Shown here: positions 9,847 to 20,423 of the stretch, one piece after another | Layout of the letters: every line of letters starts with the position of its first letter | Numbering within the stretch: the first letter of the stretch is position 1 | Assembly (NCBI GenBank): GCA_028289545.1 | Contig: JANQPG010000048.1 | Location: forward strand, 200-64,199 | DNA: 64,000 nt | DNA from: Woeseiaceae bacterium | GTDB lineage: Bacteria; Pseudomonadota; Gammaproteobacteria; Steroidobacterales; Woeseiaceae | Reading direction: 5' to 3' | Made by a program: the position numbers and the translations under genes | Notes under the pieces: model-generated | Databases searched by the model: none | Told to the model about the DNA's origin: nothing | The model's input: only the letters and a program-made list of their open reading frames with translations

Positions 9847-10596
9847 ATGACAAAACCTGATCTCGAGGGACAGGTAGCGCTGATTACGGGCGGTGCGAGA
9901 GGTATCGGCAAGGCGGCGGGTCTCATGCTTGCGGCGCGCGGCGCCCGAGTTCACCTCGCCGATGTGCTCGACTGCACGGGCGCTGTCGAAGAGATTGCGG
10001 CCGCCGGGGGCTCCGCCGCGGGCCACACGCTCGACGTGACCGACCGGGAAGCGTGTGCGGAACTCGGACGGCGCATCGTGGCTGACGACGGTCGTGTCGA
10101 CATCATTGTCTGCAACGCCGGCGTATGTCCGCCGGGCAAGGCCGTGTGGGAAGACGATGCCGACCTCGAGCAGTGGGAGCGGGTCACCAACATCAACATC
10201 AACGGAACGCAGAATTCGATCGCGGCTGTCTGGGACGCCATGCGGAAGCAGGGCGGCGGCCGTGTCGTGATCATCAGCTCGATGGCGTTCTATCGGGGTG
10301 GCGTCATTGTCGGCACCGAATATTCGGCGTCGAAAGCGGCGCTGATCGGCATGACCCGGCACCTTGCGCGCAACGGCGGGCAGCACGGCATCATCGTCAA
10401 TGCGGTTGCGCCGGGCGTCATCGAAACCGATATGACCCGCGATTTCGACAAGCCGGATCTCGACGAAATCCCGCTGCGCCGGCTGGGGACGTCGGAGGAC
10501 GTGGCGGGACCCATCAGTTTTCTGTGCGGCCCGGAATCCGCTTACATGACGGGGACCGTGCTCAACGTGACGGGCGGCATTGTGCTGGCGGACTAG
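9847..10596 (+). CDS. SDR-family oxidoreductase (FabG-like)
   Basis: ITGGARGIGKA and YSASKAAL motifs. ATG 9847 chosen. Confidence 0.9.
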   Translation: MTKPDLEGQVALITGGARGIGKAAGLMLAARGARVHLADVLDCTGAVEEIAAAGGSAAGHTLDVTDREACAELGRRIVADDGRVDIIVCNAGVCPPGKAVWEDDADLEQWERVTNININGTQNSIAAVWDAMRKQGGGRVVIISSMAFYRGGVIVGTEYSASKAALIGMTRHLARNGGQHGIIVNAVAPGVIETDMTRDFDKPDLDEIPLRRLGTSEDVAGPISFLCGPESAYMTGTVLNVTGGIVLAD

Positions 10597-11552
10597 CCGG
10601 CGACGCCCGTGTAGATCGCACAAGCCGCCAGCCACAGCGAGCCGGCCGTGTGGATGCCCAGCGTCGTTTCGATGGCGCGAGTCATACGCTCCCGGTCGTC
10701 TGCGGCTTTCCGGATCGTGTTTGCGGCTGCGAACATCGGCAGCAAGACGAGCAACGGCACGGCGGGCGCGAGCGGCGGCAGCACGCCCCATACCGACAGC
10801 AGCACGGTAAGCCCGGCGGCCGATACGTGCAGCAATCCGTACAGCGTGGCGGTCGCACCCAGACCTATGCGCACGGGCAGGGTTCGCTTACCGCTCGCAC
10901 CGTCCGCGCGCCGGTCGGGCACTTCGTTGATCAGCAGGATCGCCGTAACCCAGCTGGTCACCGGCAGTGAAAAAACAAGCAGCGGCAGGTCGATCGAGCC
11001 GCTCTGCAGCCACGCGGCCCCGGTGATGGGAAGAACGCCAAAAGCCAGTCCCACGGCGAGTTCTCCGAGGCCGCTGGCGTTGAGCCGGAACGGACCGAGC
11101 GAATACAGCACGGCGAGCGCCGCGCCCAGAAGGCCAAACCACAGTATGGGCATACCCCTGAGCAGCAGCAGGGCAACGCCCAGCGCTGCGGCTGCGGCGA
11201 GGAGGACAAGGCCAAATCGCCGCATGTCGTTCGCGGAGAGGATACCGCGTTGAATAAAACGCGAGCCCCCGGTGTACGGATAGATTCGTTCGTTGTTCAC
11301 CCGATCGGTGCCGCCGCTGTCGTCGCCTACATCGTTCAGCACGTTGGCCGCTGCGTGCAGGCAGACGGTTGCGGCCAGCGCAAGGGTAAACAGCAGCCAG
11401 TCGAAGCGTCCCGCAACGGAGTAGCCCCAGGCCGAGCCGGCCAGCACGGGCAGCATCGAGGCCGGAAAAAACTTCGGCCGGGTAGCGTAAAGGAGGCGCT
11501 CCCATAACGGCGCACGGGCGTACCGCGTCAGTGCCTGTTCGGCGGATTCCAT
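10593..11552 (-). CDS. UbiA-family prenyltransferase (MenA-like)
   Basis: Asp-rich motif NVLNDVGDDSGGTD and about 8 hydrophobic helices. The start is uncertain; the ORF is open to 11636. Confidence 0.8.
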   Translation of the reverse strand: MESAEQALTRYARAPLWERLLYATRPKFFPASMLPVLAGSAWGYSVAGRFDWLLFTLALAATVCLHAAANVLNDVGDDSGGTDRVNNERIYPYTGGSRFIQRGILSANDMRRFGLVLLAAAAALGVALLLLRGMPILWFGLLGAALAVLYSLGPFRLNASGLGELAVGLAFGVLPITGAAWLQSGSIDLPLLVFSLPVTSWVTAILLINEVPDRRADGASGKRTLPVRIGLGATATLYGLLHVSAAGLTVLLSVWGVLPPLAPAVPLLVLLPMFAAANTIRKAADDRERMTRAIETTLGIHTAGSLWLAACAIYTGVAG

Positions 11553-11906
11553 TTCGTGGGCTGTCGTCACGGCGGCGGCTCCGTTTGCAAGAGTGATGGG
11601 CGTCCCGAGTGATTCTCTTGATGGACCCCGCCGCACGTCGGCCGAGCGCTGCCCAGAACGCTATCGTGCACCGCGGACTGAGGCTATGCAGTCCGTAACA
11701 ACCGCAACGTCCTCTGATGGATGAACCGCATCGAGCGTGCTGTCCGCATTTAACCGCTGCCCGACCAGCGGTATCAGGCGGCGGACAAGCGGCGCTGATC
11801 CGACCGGCGGTTCAGGAGACCCGACCGCTGACCTGTTGGCTCCGCGTCGTCGCGCATAAGCTCAATGTTCGGACCGACGAAGTTCGGACACATGAGGGAC
11901 AGACTT

Positions 11907-12101
11907 ATGTCAAATGAAGAGAGGCCGGAAGCCAAGAACAGCGAGCAGCCGATCAAAGTGATTGTCGAGCAGCCAGCCGAAGCGGCGCGCGCCGCCAAGG
12001 TCGAGGTGGTATCACTATCGATCGACGAGCACTTCGACGCCGGTGGTGACCCCTACAACCGCACCGGTAGTTTTGTTGCGCTGGAGCTCAAGGACGACTA
12101 G
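11907..12101 (+). CDS. small acidic hypothetical protein (64 aa)
   Basis: ATG 11907 preceded by GAGGGA. Coding-like third-position GC. No recognisable domain. Confidence 0.35.
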   Translation: MSNEERPEAKNSEQPIKVIVEQPAEAARAAKVEVVSLSIDEHFDAGGDPYNRTGSFVALELKDD

Positions 12102-13282
12102 AACGCCGGGATACCCGTAATGGCCCGCCCCAGAATGAGGGCGTGGATATCGTGTGTGCCCTCGTAGGTGTTCACCGTCTCCAGGTTGGCCATATGCCGC
12201 ATCACCTGATACTCGTCCGCAATCCCGTTGCCGCCGTGCATGTCACGAGCGAGGCGCGCAATGTCGAGTGCCTTGCCCACGTTGTTGCGTTTGACAATGG
12301 AAATCATCTCCGGCGTGAAGCGGCCCGCGTCCATGAGGCGTCCGACCCTTAGGCTTGCCTGTAACCCGAGCGCAATTTCCGTTTGCATGTCGGCGAGCTT
12401 TTTCTGCTGCAGCTGCGTTGCCGCCAGCGGGCGGCCGAACTGATGACGTTCGAGCCCGTAGCTGCGTGCGGCGTGAAAACAAAACTCGGCGGCACCCATG
12501 GCGCCCCAGCTGATACCGTACCGGGCACGATTGAGGCAGCCGAAAGGTCCCTTGAGCCCTTCTACGTTGGGCAACAGCGCAGTCTCCGGCACCTCCACGC
12601 CGTCCATCATGATCATGCCCGTGATGGATGCACGCAGCGACAGTTTGCCCTCGATCTTCGGCGCGTCCAGGCCGGGCGTGCCTTTCTCGAGCACAAAGCC
12701 GCGAATTCGGTCGTCATGCGCGGCCGACTTTGCCCAGACGACAAACACGTCGGCGAGCGGCGAGTTTGATATCCAGGTTTTCGAGCCGGAGAGTCGATAG
12801 CCGTCCGCGGTTTTCTCTGCTCGCGTCCGCATGCCGGCCGGGTCGGATCCCGCGTCCGGCTCCGTGAGCCCAAAACACCCGATCCATTCACCGCTCGCGA
12901 GCTTTGGCAGGTATTGCCGTTTCTGCGCGTCCGAACCGTAGGCAAGGATCGGATACATGACGAGTGAGGACTGCACCGACATCATCGAGCGATAGCCCGA
13001 GTCGACGCGTTCGACTTCGCGCGCGACCAGGCCGTAGCTCACGTAGTTCGCTCCGGCGCCGCCGAATTCCTCGGGTACGGTTGCGCCGAGCAGTCCGAGC
13101 TCGCCCATTTCCCGGAAGATGTCGGGATCGGTGTGCTCTTGGCTGTAGGCCTCGATAACCCGCGGCGCCAGCTCACCTTGCGCGTAGGCGCGCGCCGAGT
13201 CGCGAATCATTTTTTCGTCGTCGCTGAGCTGCTCTTCCAGCAGGAACGGGTCGGCCCAGTCGAAGCGTGTGTTGTTGGTCAT
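12098..13282 (-). CDS. gcdH: glutaryl-CoA dehydrogenase
   Basis: Acyl-CoA dehydrogenase motifs [14 protein letters not shown] and C-terminal [18 protein letters not shown]. 394 aa. Confidence 0.9.
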   Translation of the reverse strand: MTNNTRFDWADPFLLEEQLSDDEKMIRDSARAYAQGELAPRVIEAYSQEHTDPDIFREMGELGLLGATVPEEFGGAGANYVSYGLVAREVERVDSGYRSMMSVQSSLVMYPILAYGSDAQKRQYLPKLASGEWIGCFGLTEPDAGSDPAGMRTRAEKTADGYRLSGSKTWISNSPLADVFVVWAKSAAHDDRIRGFVLEKGTPGLDAPKIEGKLSLRASITGMIMMDGVEVPETALLPNVEGLKGPFGCLNRARYGISWGAMGAAEFCFHAARSYGLERHQFGRPLAATQLQQKKLADMQTEIALGLQASLRVGRLMDAGRFTPEMISIVKRNNVGKALDIARLARDMHGGNGIADEYQVMRHMANLETVNTYEGTHDIHALILGRAITGIPAF

Positions 13283-13314
13283 GGTGTCTCCGCGCAGTCC
13301 CGACAGGACGTCTT

Positions 13315-14361
13315 TTATGGACTGCTCAAGTCGCTGAAACGGCTTGTCGGCTCCGCGACAATATCGCCGTCGATTCTCTCCACAAACAGGGCGGCAATGT
13401 TCTCACGTTCGGCCAGTGCGTAGCCATCCGCTTTGCCCATAATGAGCAACGCCGTCGCCAGCGCATCGGCGCGAGTGGCTGTGTCCGCAACAACCGTCAC
13501 GGCCGCTGTGCCGTGTTCGACGGGTGCGCCCGTGCGCGGGTCCAGAAGGTGCGAGTAGTAGCGCCCATCGGATTCGAAGAAATTGCGGTAGTCTCCCGAC
13601 GTCGCCACAGCGCTGTTGTCGAGCGCAAACGACGTCACGATCCGACGCTCCTCGTAGAGCGGCGCCTCGACAGCGATGCGCCAGCGCTCGCCGGCGGGCT
13701 TCTGGCCGCGCGCGCGCACTTCGCCGCCGATCTCGATCAGGTAGTCGGTAATACCGCGAGCGTCCAGCAGTTCGGCGACGTCGTCGACGCCGCGACCTTT
13801 GGCGATCGCCGACAAATCGATTCGGAGCGAGGCATCGGCTTTGCGAACGGCGGGAACACTGCAGTCGGTGTCGAGCTTGTCGTAGCCGGTCGCGTCGAGC
13901 AATGCATCGATCCTGTCCTCGGATGGCGGCTGTCCGCCGCCCCCGCCGGGCCCAAATCCCCAGAGATCGACCAGCGGGCTCAAGGTAATGTCGAAAGCGC
14001 CGCCGCTCTGGTGGCTAATCTCGATAGCTTCGGCAACGACGTCGCACAGAGCCTTGGGCACGGTAAACCACTCGGTGCGCGGACTGGCGTTGAAGCGACT
14101 GACGATCGAGTCGTCGCGGTAGGTGGACATCAGCGTCTCGATGCGTTCGAGCCTTGCCCCGATGTCGGCCGCGAGTCCGGCGTCGGGGTTCGTGGCGACC
14201 AGCTGTACGCTGTACTGTGTGCCCATCGTGCCGCCCCTGAGCACGTGGATCTCGGGCTCGTCCGCCGGGCCGCAGCCCGCCGCGATACAGCAGGCCAGAG
14301 CGACCAGCGGTAGCCGCCTGTACGACGAGGGCCGGAGGACGCTGAAGAATCTAAGGTTCAA
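13315..14361 (-). CDS. apbE: FAD:protein FMN transferase (ApbE-family lipoprotein)
   Basis: Lipobox IAAGC. ApbE segments [12 protein letters not shown] and [13 protein letters not shown] start. Confidence 0.87.
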   Translation of the reverse strand: MNLRFFSVLRPSSYRRLPLVALACCIAAGCGPADEPEIHVLRGGTMGTQYSVQLVATNPDAGLAADIGARLERIETLMSTYRDDSIVSRFNASPRTEWFTVPKALCDVVAEAIEISHQSGGAFDITLSPLVDLWGFGPGGGGGQPPSEDRIDALLDATGYDKLDTDCSVPAVRKADASLRIDLSAIAKGRGVDDVAELLDARGITDYLIEIGGEVRARGQKPAGERWRIAVEAPLYEERRIVTSFALDNSAVATSGDYRNFFESDGRYYSHLLDPRTGAPVEHGTAAVTVVADTATRADALATALLIMGKADGYALAERENIAALFVERIDGDIVAEPTSRFSDLSSP

Positions 14362-15163
14362 GCTGGCTCAGGCGCTCGCGCAATTCCTCGAGTACCGCCT
14401 TCACTCTGCCCGCGTTGTCGTTGCCCATGCGGATCAGAAGCTTCTGACCCGCGGTCAGGGATTCGAGCGACGGATCGCGGTATTCGAACAAGACGTGTTC
14501 GCGGACCAGTTCCACCGGGCCGCTGGGTTCCGGCGTCGCGAGCAGCGTGTCCAATACCGCAACAAGCCGGTCGTTGAAGTGCTTCTCCGGGTAACCCAGC
14601 AGGCTGTATGCCTCCTGGAGCAACGGATAGAAGCGCCGGTACGTGTCTATCATCTCGTCCAGGTTCGCTTGTTCGAAGAGCGCCACCGTTTCCTCGTATC
14701 GGACATAGTTGCGCTCGCTGATCATGTAGCCGACGTCGCCGCCGGTGCCGTCGAACTCGAAGCTGCTGCCGAGCCGGCCGACCGGCCGCATGCGTTCCGG
14801 AACGCGCTCGCGACCCAGGTTGTCGAGGGAGCCGACCGTGCGCTCTATCAGCAGTTCGTTCTCCAGTATTGCCGATAGTCCCGGGCCGAACAGTTCGAGC
14901 AGCGCCAGCTCAAAATACGCGTCACTCTCGTCGAGCGGCGGCAACGGGATCAGTTCGCCCTGGGTGTCGCGGGTTTCGATGGGTGGCACCGGATACAGCG
15001 GTTCGACGGCAGGTGCCGGGATTTCCTCAGCCGGCGGCGGAGCCGGGATCGTGGTTGGGAGCGGCGGGGCGGGGAACAGCGCATCGCGGAACAGCCAGAT
15101 TGCGGTTGCGCCCGCAACGACCAGCAATCCCAGGAATATCCAGCGCGCTTCGTTATTCTCCAT
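14351..15163 (-). CDS. membrane-anchored DUF3014-like protein
   Basis: N-terminal TM WIFLGLLVVAGATAIWLF. The C-terminal region YPLLQEAYSLLGYPEKHFNDRLV resembles DUF3014 as I recall it. Overlaps the apbE start by 11 nt. Confidence 0.6.
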   Translation of the reverse strand: MENNEARWIFLGLLVVAGATAIWLFRDALFPAPPLPTTIPAPPPAEEIPAPAVEPLYPVPPIETRDTQGELIPLPPLDESDAYFELALLELFGPGLSAILENELLIERTVGSLDNLGRERVPERMRPVGRLGSSFEFDGTGGDVGYMISERNYVRYEETVALFEQANLDEMIDTYRRFYPLLQEAYSLLGYPEKHFNDRLVAVLDTLLATPEPSGPVELVREHVLFEYRDPSLESLTAGQKLLIRMGNDNAGRVKAVLEELRERLSQLEP

Positions 15164-15235
15164 GTCGAAATCAGACCATGCCGACACGCGCAAATTCAAG
15201 TGGCCGGCCGGGAGCCGGCGGCATGGCGGGGGCGC

Positions 15236-16012
15236 CTAGAAGTTCGTCGACTCCAGCAGCCCACCCGTGGCCTGCAGCGGCTCCTGCACGCCGCGGGCGC
15301 TCACCCACACGGCCAGCGCATACGTCTTTGCAAGCTCTGCCGGGGCCTCGAGCTCACTTTCTGCGCGGTACTCCGTATGCTCCCGGTCGAGCCGGACGAC
15401 ACGGTGGTTCAAGACGACAAAATCGTGCGCTAGCTTGCGACCGCGATTTTCACCGGCCAGCACTTCAGTCTCGAGTCCCATGCCGAGCAGCGCAATGCTG
15501 ACATCGAGTGGCGCACCCGTCGGCGCCGCGGGCACATAGCGGATGACCGCGCGGCCGTTTTCCACCTCGGCTGTCAACCTGCCGGCGGGTTCGCCGGCGG
15601 CCGCGAGCCGCTGGCCGCTGCGCCAGCCCAACCACTCACTGCCAGCACGGAAGACGCCGGGCGTATAGACCACGCGCGCAGCACCCTGCTCGATGTAGAG
15701 ACGCTGACGGTCGCTATAGTCGCCGCTCGCGAAGCGATCGTTCCAGCCCAGGTAGTTCCAGTAGTCGACGTGAAAAGCCACGGGCACAAAGCGCTCCCAC
15801 AGGCCGGGTTCCTCCGCAAGTCCGCTGAGCCAGCGTTCGGCCGGCGGGCAGCTTGAGCAGCCTTCCGATGTGAACAGCTCGACGAGCGCAACGGCTCTGT
15901 CCCCGCTCGTAAAGGTCTGTCCGGCGGCTGCCGCACCGCTCACCGAGAGGGCCGCGATCGCAAACAGGATCCGCCGAATCGGCGACCGGGCCGTGGTGGA
16001 CCGCCCGCTCAT
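15236..16012 (-). CDS. DUF1223 thioredoxin-fold protein
   Basis: Signal peptide and the hallmark ELFTSEGCSSCPPAE. Confidence 0.8.
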   Translation of the reverse strand: MSGRSTTARSPIRRILFAIAALSVSGAAAAGQTFTSGDRAVALVELFTSEGCSSCPPAERWLSGLAEEPGLWERFVPVAFHVDYWNYLGWNDRFASGDYSDRQRLYIEQGAARVVYTPGVFRAGSEWLGWRSGQRLAAAGEPAGRLTAEVENGRAVIRYVPAAPTGAPLDVSIALLGMGLETEVLAGENRGRKLAHDFVVLNHRVVRLDREHTEYRAESELEAPAELAKTYALAVWVSARGVQEPLQATGGLLESTNF

Positions 16013-16554
16013 TGTGATGCCGCCTCGCCGTCCAGTCGGTCCAGCGTCTTGCGGATCTCGGCAGCCCAGTAGGGCGCCCTGAAGGCCGCCTTCTGTCCGT
16101 GCGTCAGACCCTCTCCCCCTTCCGGGAAATCGCGCCGCGGCAACGCCCTCAGGTCGAACGCCACGTTCAGCCTGTCATCGGGTATGACCACGCCCGGCGT
16201 GCCGTGGATACCGTAGCGCTGGGCGATCGCGCCGCCTTCGGGAACGACCGTAAAATCGTAGCCCATACGCTCGACGTAACCCTGGCCTTCGGCATCGTCG
16301 CGGAAGTGAATGGCAATGACCTGCAAATCGTCTCCGTACTCGAGCTTCAGGCTGTGCAGGTGGGGCATCAGCGCCTTGCAGTAGGGACACCAGCTGGCCC
16401 AGAAGAACAGCACGGTCTTCTGCCGGCTCACCTCCGTGCTCAGTTTCAGGCTGGCGCCGTCCTCGGTAACGGTCGCAAAGTCCGGCGCTTTTTCGGCCTG
16501 TGCAAAGCTCGTAACGAAGAGGGACAGCCAGACGGCGGCGATGCGTAGTGTCAT
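16009..16554 (-). CDS. TlpA-family thiol:disulfide oxidoreductase
   Basis: Signal peptide MTLRIAAVWLSLFVTSFAQA and redox motif FFWASWCPYCK. The stop overlaps the DUF1223 start (ATGA). Confidence 0.85.
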   Translation of the reverse strand: MTLRIAAVWLSLFVTSFAQAEKAPDFATVTEDGASLKLSTEVSRQKTVLFFWASWCPYCKALMPHLHSLKLEYGDDLQVIAIHFRDDAEGQGYVERMGYDFTVVPEGGAIAQRYGIHGTPGVVIPDDRLNVAFDLRALPRRDFPEGGEGLTHGQKAAFRAPYWAAEIRKTLDRLDGEAASQ

Positions 16555-16916
16555 GAGGAGTTCTCCCGAAGATGGACGAAGCTTCAAGGCTGGAAAAGTC
16601 GTGCGGACGGCAACCGGCGCCGCCGATCCGCAAAAAACGCGATCACAAGAACCCGTGGTCACAAAGGCCCGCTTTCACAGAGACCGCGGCGCGCGGGGCA
16701 TTATTACGGCCAGAGGGCCCGACGGGTTCCAGACGGCGACCCGCATCGACTACACTGACAGGGCGCTCGGCGGGGCCTCGGCAGCAAAAAAGTCCGAACA
16801 AAAACGAATCGGTATTCATGACTCGGTTCCGTGCCGAGTCGCAACTCTTTCAAATCTTTAGTGTTTGCGTGGCGCGGACTCCGGGCTCGCAAGCAACCGC
16901 CGTTACAGGGGCAATT

Positions 16917-17531
16917 ATGGCCAGGCTCATTGTTTACTACGCTCATCCCGGACACCGGCACTCGAGGGCCAACAAAGCCATGGCGGCGGAGGCCTCCAGC
17001 GTTGACAGCATCAGCTACGTCGACCTGTATGCCGAGTATCCACGCTTCGACATCGATATCGATCGCGAACAAGAGCGGCTCCTCACGCACGACGTCGTGC
17101 TGCTGCAGTTTCCCGTGTTCTGGTATTCCACGCCGTCGCTCGTCAAGGAATGGCAGGATCTCGTTCTCGAGCACGGTTTTGCCTACGGGCACGAGGGTGA
17201 TCGGCTCGCCGGCAAGCGCATGCAGCTTGCCGTCACGGCGGCGGGCCCCGCAGATGCCTATTCGGCGGACGGTTACCAGCGATTTCCGCTACGCACCTTC
17301 CTGACGCCGCTTGAACAGACCGCGCGCCTGTGCGGCATGAGTTTTTCAGCACCCTACGTCCTGTACTCCTCGCTGCACGCGCCCGATGGGGAGGCGCTCG
17401 ACGAACACGTGGGCGGCTACCGGCAGCTGCTCGAAGCGATACGCGACGACCGCTACGATTTCGACACGGCGGACGGCCGCGACACCGTACATGCAAACGA
17501 CTTGCCAACCCGTGAGGAGCACCGGCCGTGA
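16917..17531 (+). CDS. kefG: flavodoxin-like NAD(P)H oxidoreductase, K+-efflux ancillary protein KefG/KefF type
   Basis: LIVYYAHPGHRHSRANK...DLYAEYPRFDIDIDREQ...LLQFPVFWYSTPSLVKEW matches the KefG/KefF pattern. Immediately followed by a CPA2 antiporter gene. Confidence 0.85.
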   Translation: MARLIVYYAHPGHRHSRANKAMAAEASSVDSISYVDLYAEYPRFDIDIDREQERLLTHDVVLLQFPVFWYSTPSLVKEWQDLVLEHGFAYGHEGDRLAGKRMQLAVTAAGPADAYSADGYQRFPLRTFLTPLEQTARLCGMSFSAPYVLYSSLHAPDGEALDEHVGGYRQLLEAIRDDRYDFDTADGRDTVHANDLPTREEHRP

Positions 17532-19516
17532 ACGAATTTTTGCTGCTGGCTTTCCTGTTCCTCGTTGCCGGCGTCATTGCGGTACCGGTTGCTTCCCGGC
17601 TGGGTCTCGGCTCCGTGCTCGGCTATCTGCTGGCAGGCATTGCGCTGAGCCCGCTCCTGACGCAGCTGGAGGTCGACGTCGTCAGCATTCAGCATTTCGC
17701 CGAGTTCGGCGTCGTCATGATGCTGTTTCTGGTTGGTCTCGAGCTCGAGCCGCGCATGCTGTGGGCCATGCGCTCCCGGCTGCTCGGCCTCGGCGGTCTG
17801 CAGGTAGGCGTGACGATGCTATTGATCGCCGCCGTCGCCATGCTGCTCGGACAGCCCGCCAGCATTGCGCTGGCGATCGGCATGGTGTTTGCCCTGTCGT
17901 CGACGGCCATTGTGCTGCAAACGCTCAACGAAAAGGGGCTCATGAGAAGCGACGGCGGGCAGTCGAGCTTCTCCGTGCTGTTGTTCCAGGATATCGCCGT
18001 CATACCGATGCTCGCTTTCCTGCCGCTGCTGGCGATACCGGAGTTGCTCGATGCCGTGCCCGCCGCGGGAGGGCACGGCGGGGCAAAGGTCGCGGATTCC
18101 GGCGATGGCGGGCACGGCGCCGAGTTGAATTTTGTGGCCGGGCTCACGGGCTGGCAGCGCGGGTTGGTCACGATCGCCGCGATAGCGTTTGTGTTTGCCG
18201 TTGGCACGTTCCTCACCCGGCCCGTTTTTCGCTTCATCGCAATGGCCCGCCTGCGGGAGTTGTTTACCGCGTGTGCGTTGCTGCTGGTCGTCGGCATTGC
18301 GCTGCTCATGATTGTGGTGGGCCTGTCGCCCGCGCTGGGCGCTTTCCTCGCCGGCGTCGTCCTGGCCAACAGCGAGTACCGCCACGAACTCGAAAGTGAC
18401 ATCGGTCCGTTCAAGGGCCTGCTGCTCGGGCTGTTCTTCATCACCGTGGGCGCATCGATCAATTTTGATCTGCTGTTTGCGGAGTTCGGCAACTTCGTGC
18501 TTCTGACCCTCGGGTTGATGCTGCTCAAGGGGCTCGTGATGCTCGGGCTCAGTATGGTGTTCGCGATACGCGGCGCGGATCGCTGGTTGTTTGCGCTCGG
18601 ACTCGCGCAGGCCGGTGAGTTCGGCTTTGTGCTTCTCTCGTTTACCGTGGCGAACGGCGTCATCCCGGAGCCGTTATCGCAGCAGCTCCTGCTGATCGTC
18701 GCGCTGTCGATGCTGCTGACGCCGCTACTGTTCATCGTCTACGACCGTCTGATTGCACCGCGTTACGCGAGCGCGCAGGCCAGCGAGCCGGACAAAATCG
18801 ACGAACAGGGCAGCGTCGTCATCGCAGGCCACGGCCGCTTCGGCGGGATCGTGAATCGCATACTGCTCGCGGCCGGTTTCAAGACCGTTGTCCTCGATCA
18901 CCAGTCCGAACATCTCGAACGGCTGCGGGTATTTGGCGTAAAGGTTTTTTACGGCGATGCGACCCGGCCCGATCTGCTGCACGCCGCCGGGATCGACGAC
19001 GCCCGCATGCTGGTTATCGCCATCGACGACAAGGAGCAGGCGACCGAACTCGTTCGCTACATGACGAAACATCATCCGGACGTCTACCTGGTTGCCCGCG
19101 CCGTCGACCGGCACCACGTGTACGAGCTCTGGGGAGCGGGGGCGCGAGACATCATTCGCGAGAGTTTCGACAGCGCCGTGCGGGCGGGGCGTTCCGCGCT
19201 GGAGGCGCTGGGCCTGCATCCCTACGAAGCCGAGCGGCAGACCCGCGGTTTCGTCGACAACGACCGGGCGCAGATGCTGGAACTGGCGGAACTGTTCGAT
19301 CCGGACATTCCGGTGCATGAGAACGCGCCCTACGTCGAGCGGGCGAAGGAATACATTGCGCGGACCGGGGACGCTATGCGTGGTAAGCACGCCGGCCTGG
19401 CAAATCGCGCCGACCGGGGTTGGGTGCCGCCCACTCTTCAAGACGTGGAGGCGGAAAAAGCGGCCCAAAAGGCCCAGGCTCCCGGCGATTCTGCCCCGGT
19501 GCGTCACAATACGTAA
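17528..19516 (+). CDS. kefB: glutathione-regulated K+-efflux/CPA2 antiporter with TrkA-N domain
   Basis: About 12 TM helices followed by the Rossmann segment VVIAGHGRFGGIV. GTG 17528 overlaps the kefG stop (GTGA). Confidence 0.9.
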   Translation: MNEFLLLAFLFLVAGVIAVPVASRLGLGSVLGYLLAGIALSPLLTQLEVDVVSIQHFAEFGVVMMLFLVGLELEPRMLWAMRSRLLGLGGLQVGVTMLLIAAVAMLLGQPASIALAIGMVFALSSTAIVLQTLNEKGLMRSDGGQSSFSVLLFQDIAVIPMLAFLPLLAIPELLDAVPAAGGHGGAKVADSGDGGHGAELNFVAGLTGWQRGLVTIAAIAFVFAVGTFLTRPVFRFIAMARLRELFTACALLLVVGIALLMIVVGLSPALGAFLAGVVLANSEYRHELESDIGPFKGLLLGLFFITVGASINFDLLFAEFGNFVLLTLGLMLLKGLVMLGLSMVFAIRGADRWLFALGLAQAGEFGFVLLSFTVANGVIPEPLSQQLLLIVALSMLLTPLLFIVYDRLIAPRYASAQASEPDKIDEQGSVVIAGHGRFGGIVNRILLAAGFKTVVLDHQSEHLERLRVFGVKVFYGDATRPDLLHAAGIDDARMLVIAIDDKEQATELVRYMTKHHPDVYLVARAVDRHHVYELWGAGARDIIRESFDSAVRAGRSALEALGLHPYEAERQTRGFVDNDRAQMLELAELFDPDIPVHENAPYVERAKEYIARTGDAMRGKHAGLANRADRGWVPPTLQDVEAEKAAQKAQAPGDSAPVRHNT

Positions 19517-19609
19517 TCGCCGAAAGCGTGCCGCGCTTCCTGTTCTGGACAAAGGGAGAAGGCTGATCGAGAATCGAGCCTGATCCGTTTCGAGAGAGCC
19601 TCCACCGCT

Positions 19610-20413
19610 ATGCCTAAAGTCATGCGCCGCCTGTATCAGCCCGTTCTCGCATTTGTACTCGTTCTCGTGAGCGGCGTGGCCGCCGCGGACGTGCTGGAGG
19701 ACATCCTCGAGCGCGGCAGTATTCGCGTAGGCGTCGCCGAGTTTGTGCCGTGGACCATGAAAACCGAAAGCGGCGAACTTGTCGGCTTCGAAATCGATAT
19801 GGCGCGGAAGATTGCGAGCGACATGGGCGTCGACGCCGATTTCCGAGTGTACGAGTGGTCAGAGATCATTCCCGCGCTCGAGGAAGGGGAGATCGACATC
19901 ATTGCGGGCGGCATGGCAATGACACCCGAGCGGGCGCTCAAGGTGAACTTCACGCGACCGGTTGCGCGCTCGGGCATCGGCATTGCCACCAATACCGCAA
20001 TGACCAGCACCATTCAGAGTTTTGCCGAGCTGAACGCGTCGAATATCATTGTCGCCACGGTGGCTGACACCTATGCAAGCAGCGTAGCCGAGATGTTTTT
20101 TGCGGACGCCAGCGTCAATACGTTCAAAACGGTCGAACAAGCGGAGCAGCAGGTCTTGAAAGGGCGTGCCCACGTGTACCTGGCGGGTCTTTCCGAGGCC
20201 AAGTTCCTCGCGTTGAAACACCCGAAGCTGGTTGACGTGCCGGTTTCCGAGCCGCTCCTGGCACAAAGTGAGGCGATTGCGGTCAAAAAGGGTGAGCAGG
20301 AATTGCTGAATTTTCTGAATTCCTGGGTAACGGCTCGGCAGACGGACAAATGGTTGCCGAACACCCGGGATTACTGGTTCGACAGCATGACCTGGGCAAT
20401 GGGCGAGAAATAG
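19610..20413 (+). CDS. family-3 periplasmic solute-binding protein (amino-acid type)
   Basis: Signal peptide. IRVGVAEFVPW and GFEIDMARKIA segments typical of SBP_bac_3. Confidence 0.87.
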   Translation: MPKVMRRLYQPVLAFVLVLVSGVAAADVLEDILERGSIRVGVAEFVPWTMKTESGELVGFEIDMARKIASDMGVDADFRVYEWSEIIPALEEGEIDIIAGGMAMTPERALKVNFTRPVARSGIGIATNTAMTSTIQSFAELNASNIIVATVADTYASSVAEMFFADASVNTFKTVEQAEQQVLKGRAHVYLAGLSEAKFLALKHPKLVDVPVSEPLLAQSEAIAVKKGEQELLNFLNSWVTARQTDKWLPNTRDYWFDSMTWAMGEK

Positions 20414-20423
20414 TCGGGCGAGG

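Noticed and set aside
13267-14313. 348-aa plus-strand ORF mirroring apbE
   Set aside because: It is exactly antisense to a gene with a lipobox and ApbE motifs, and its composition is typical of GC-rich antisense frames.
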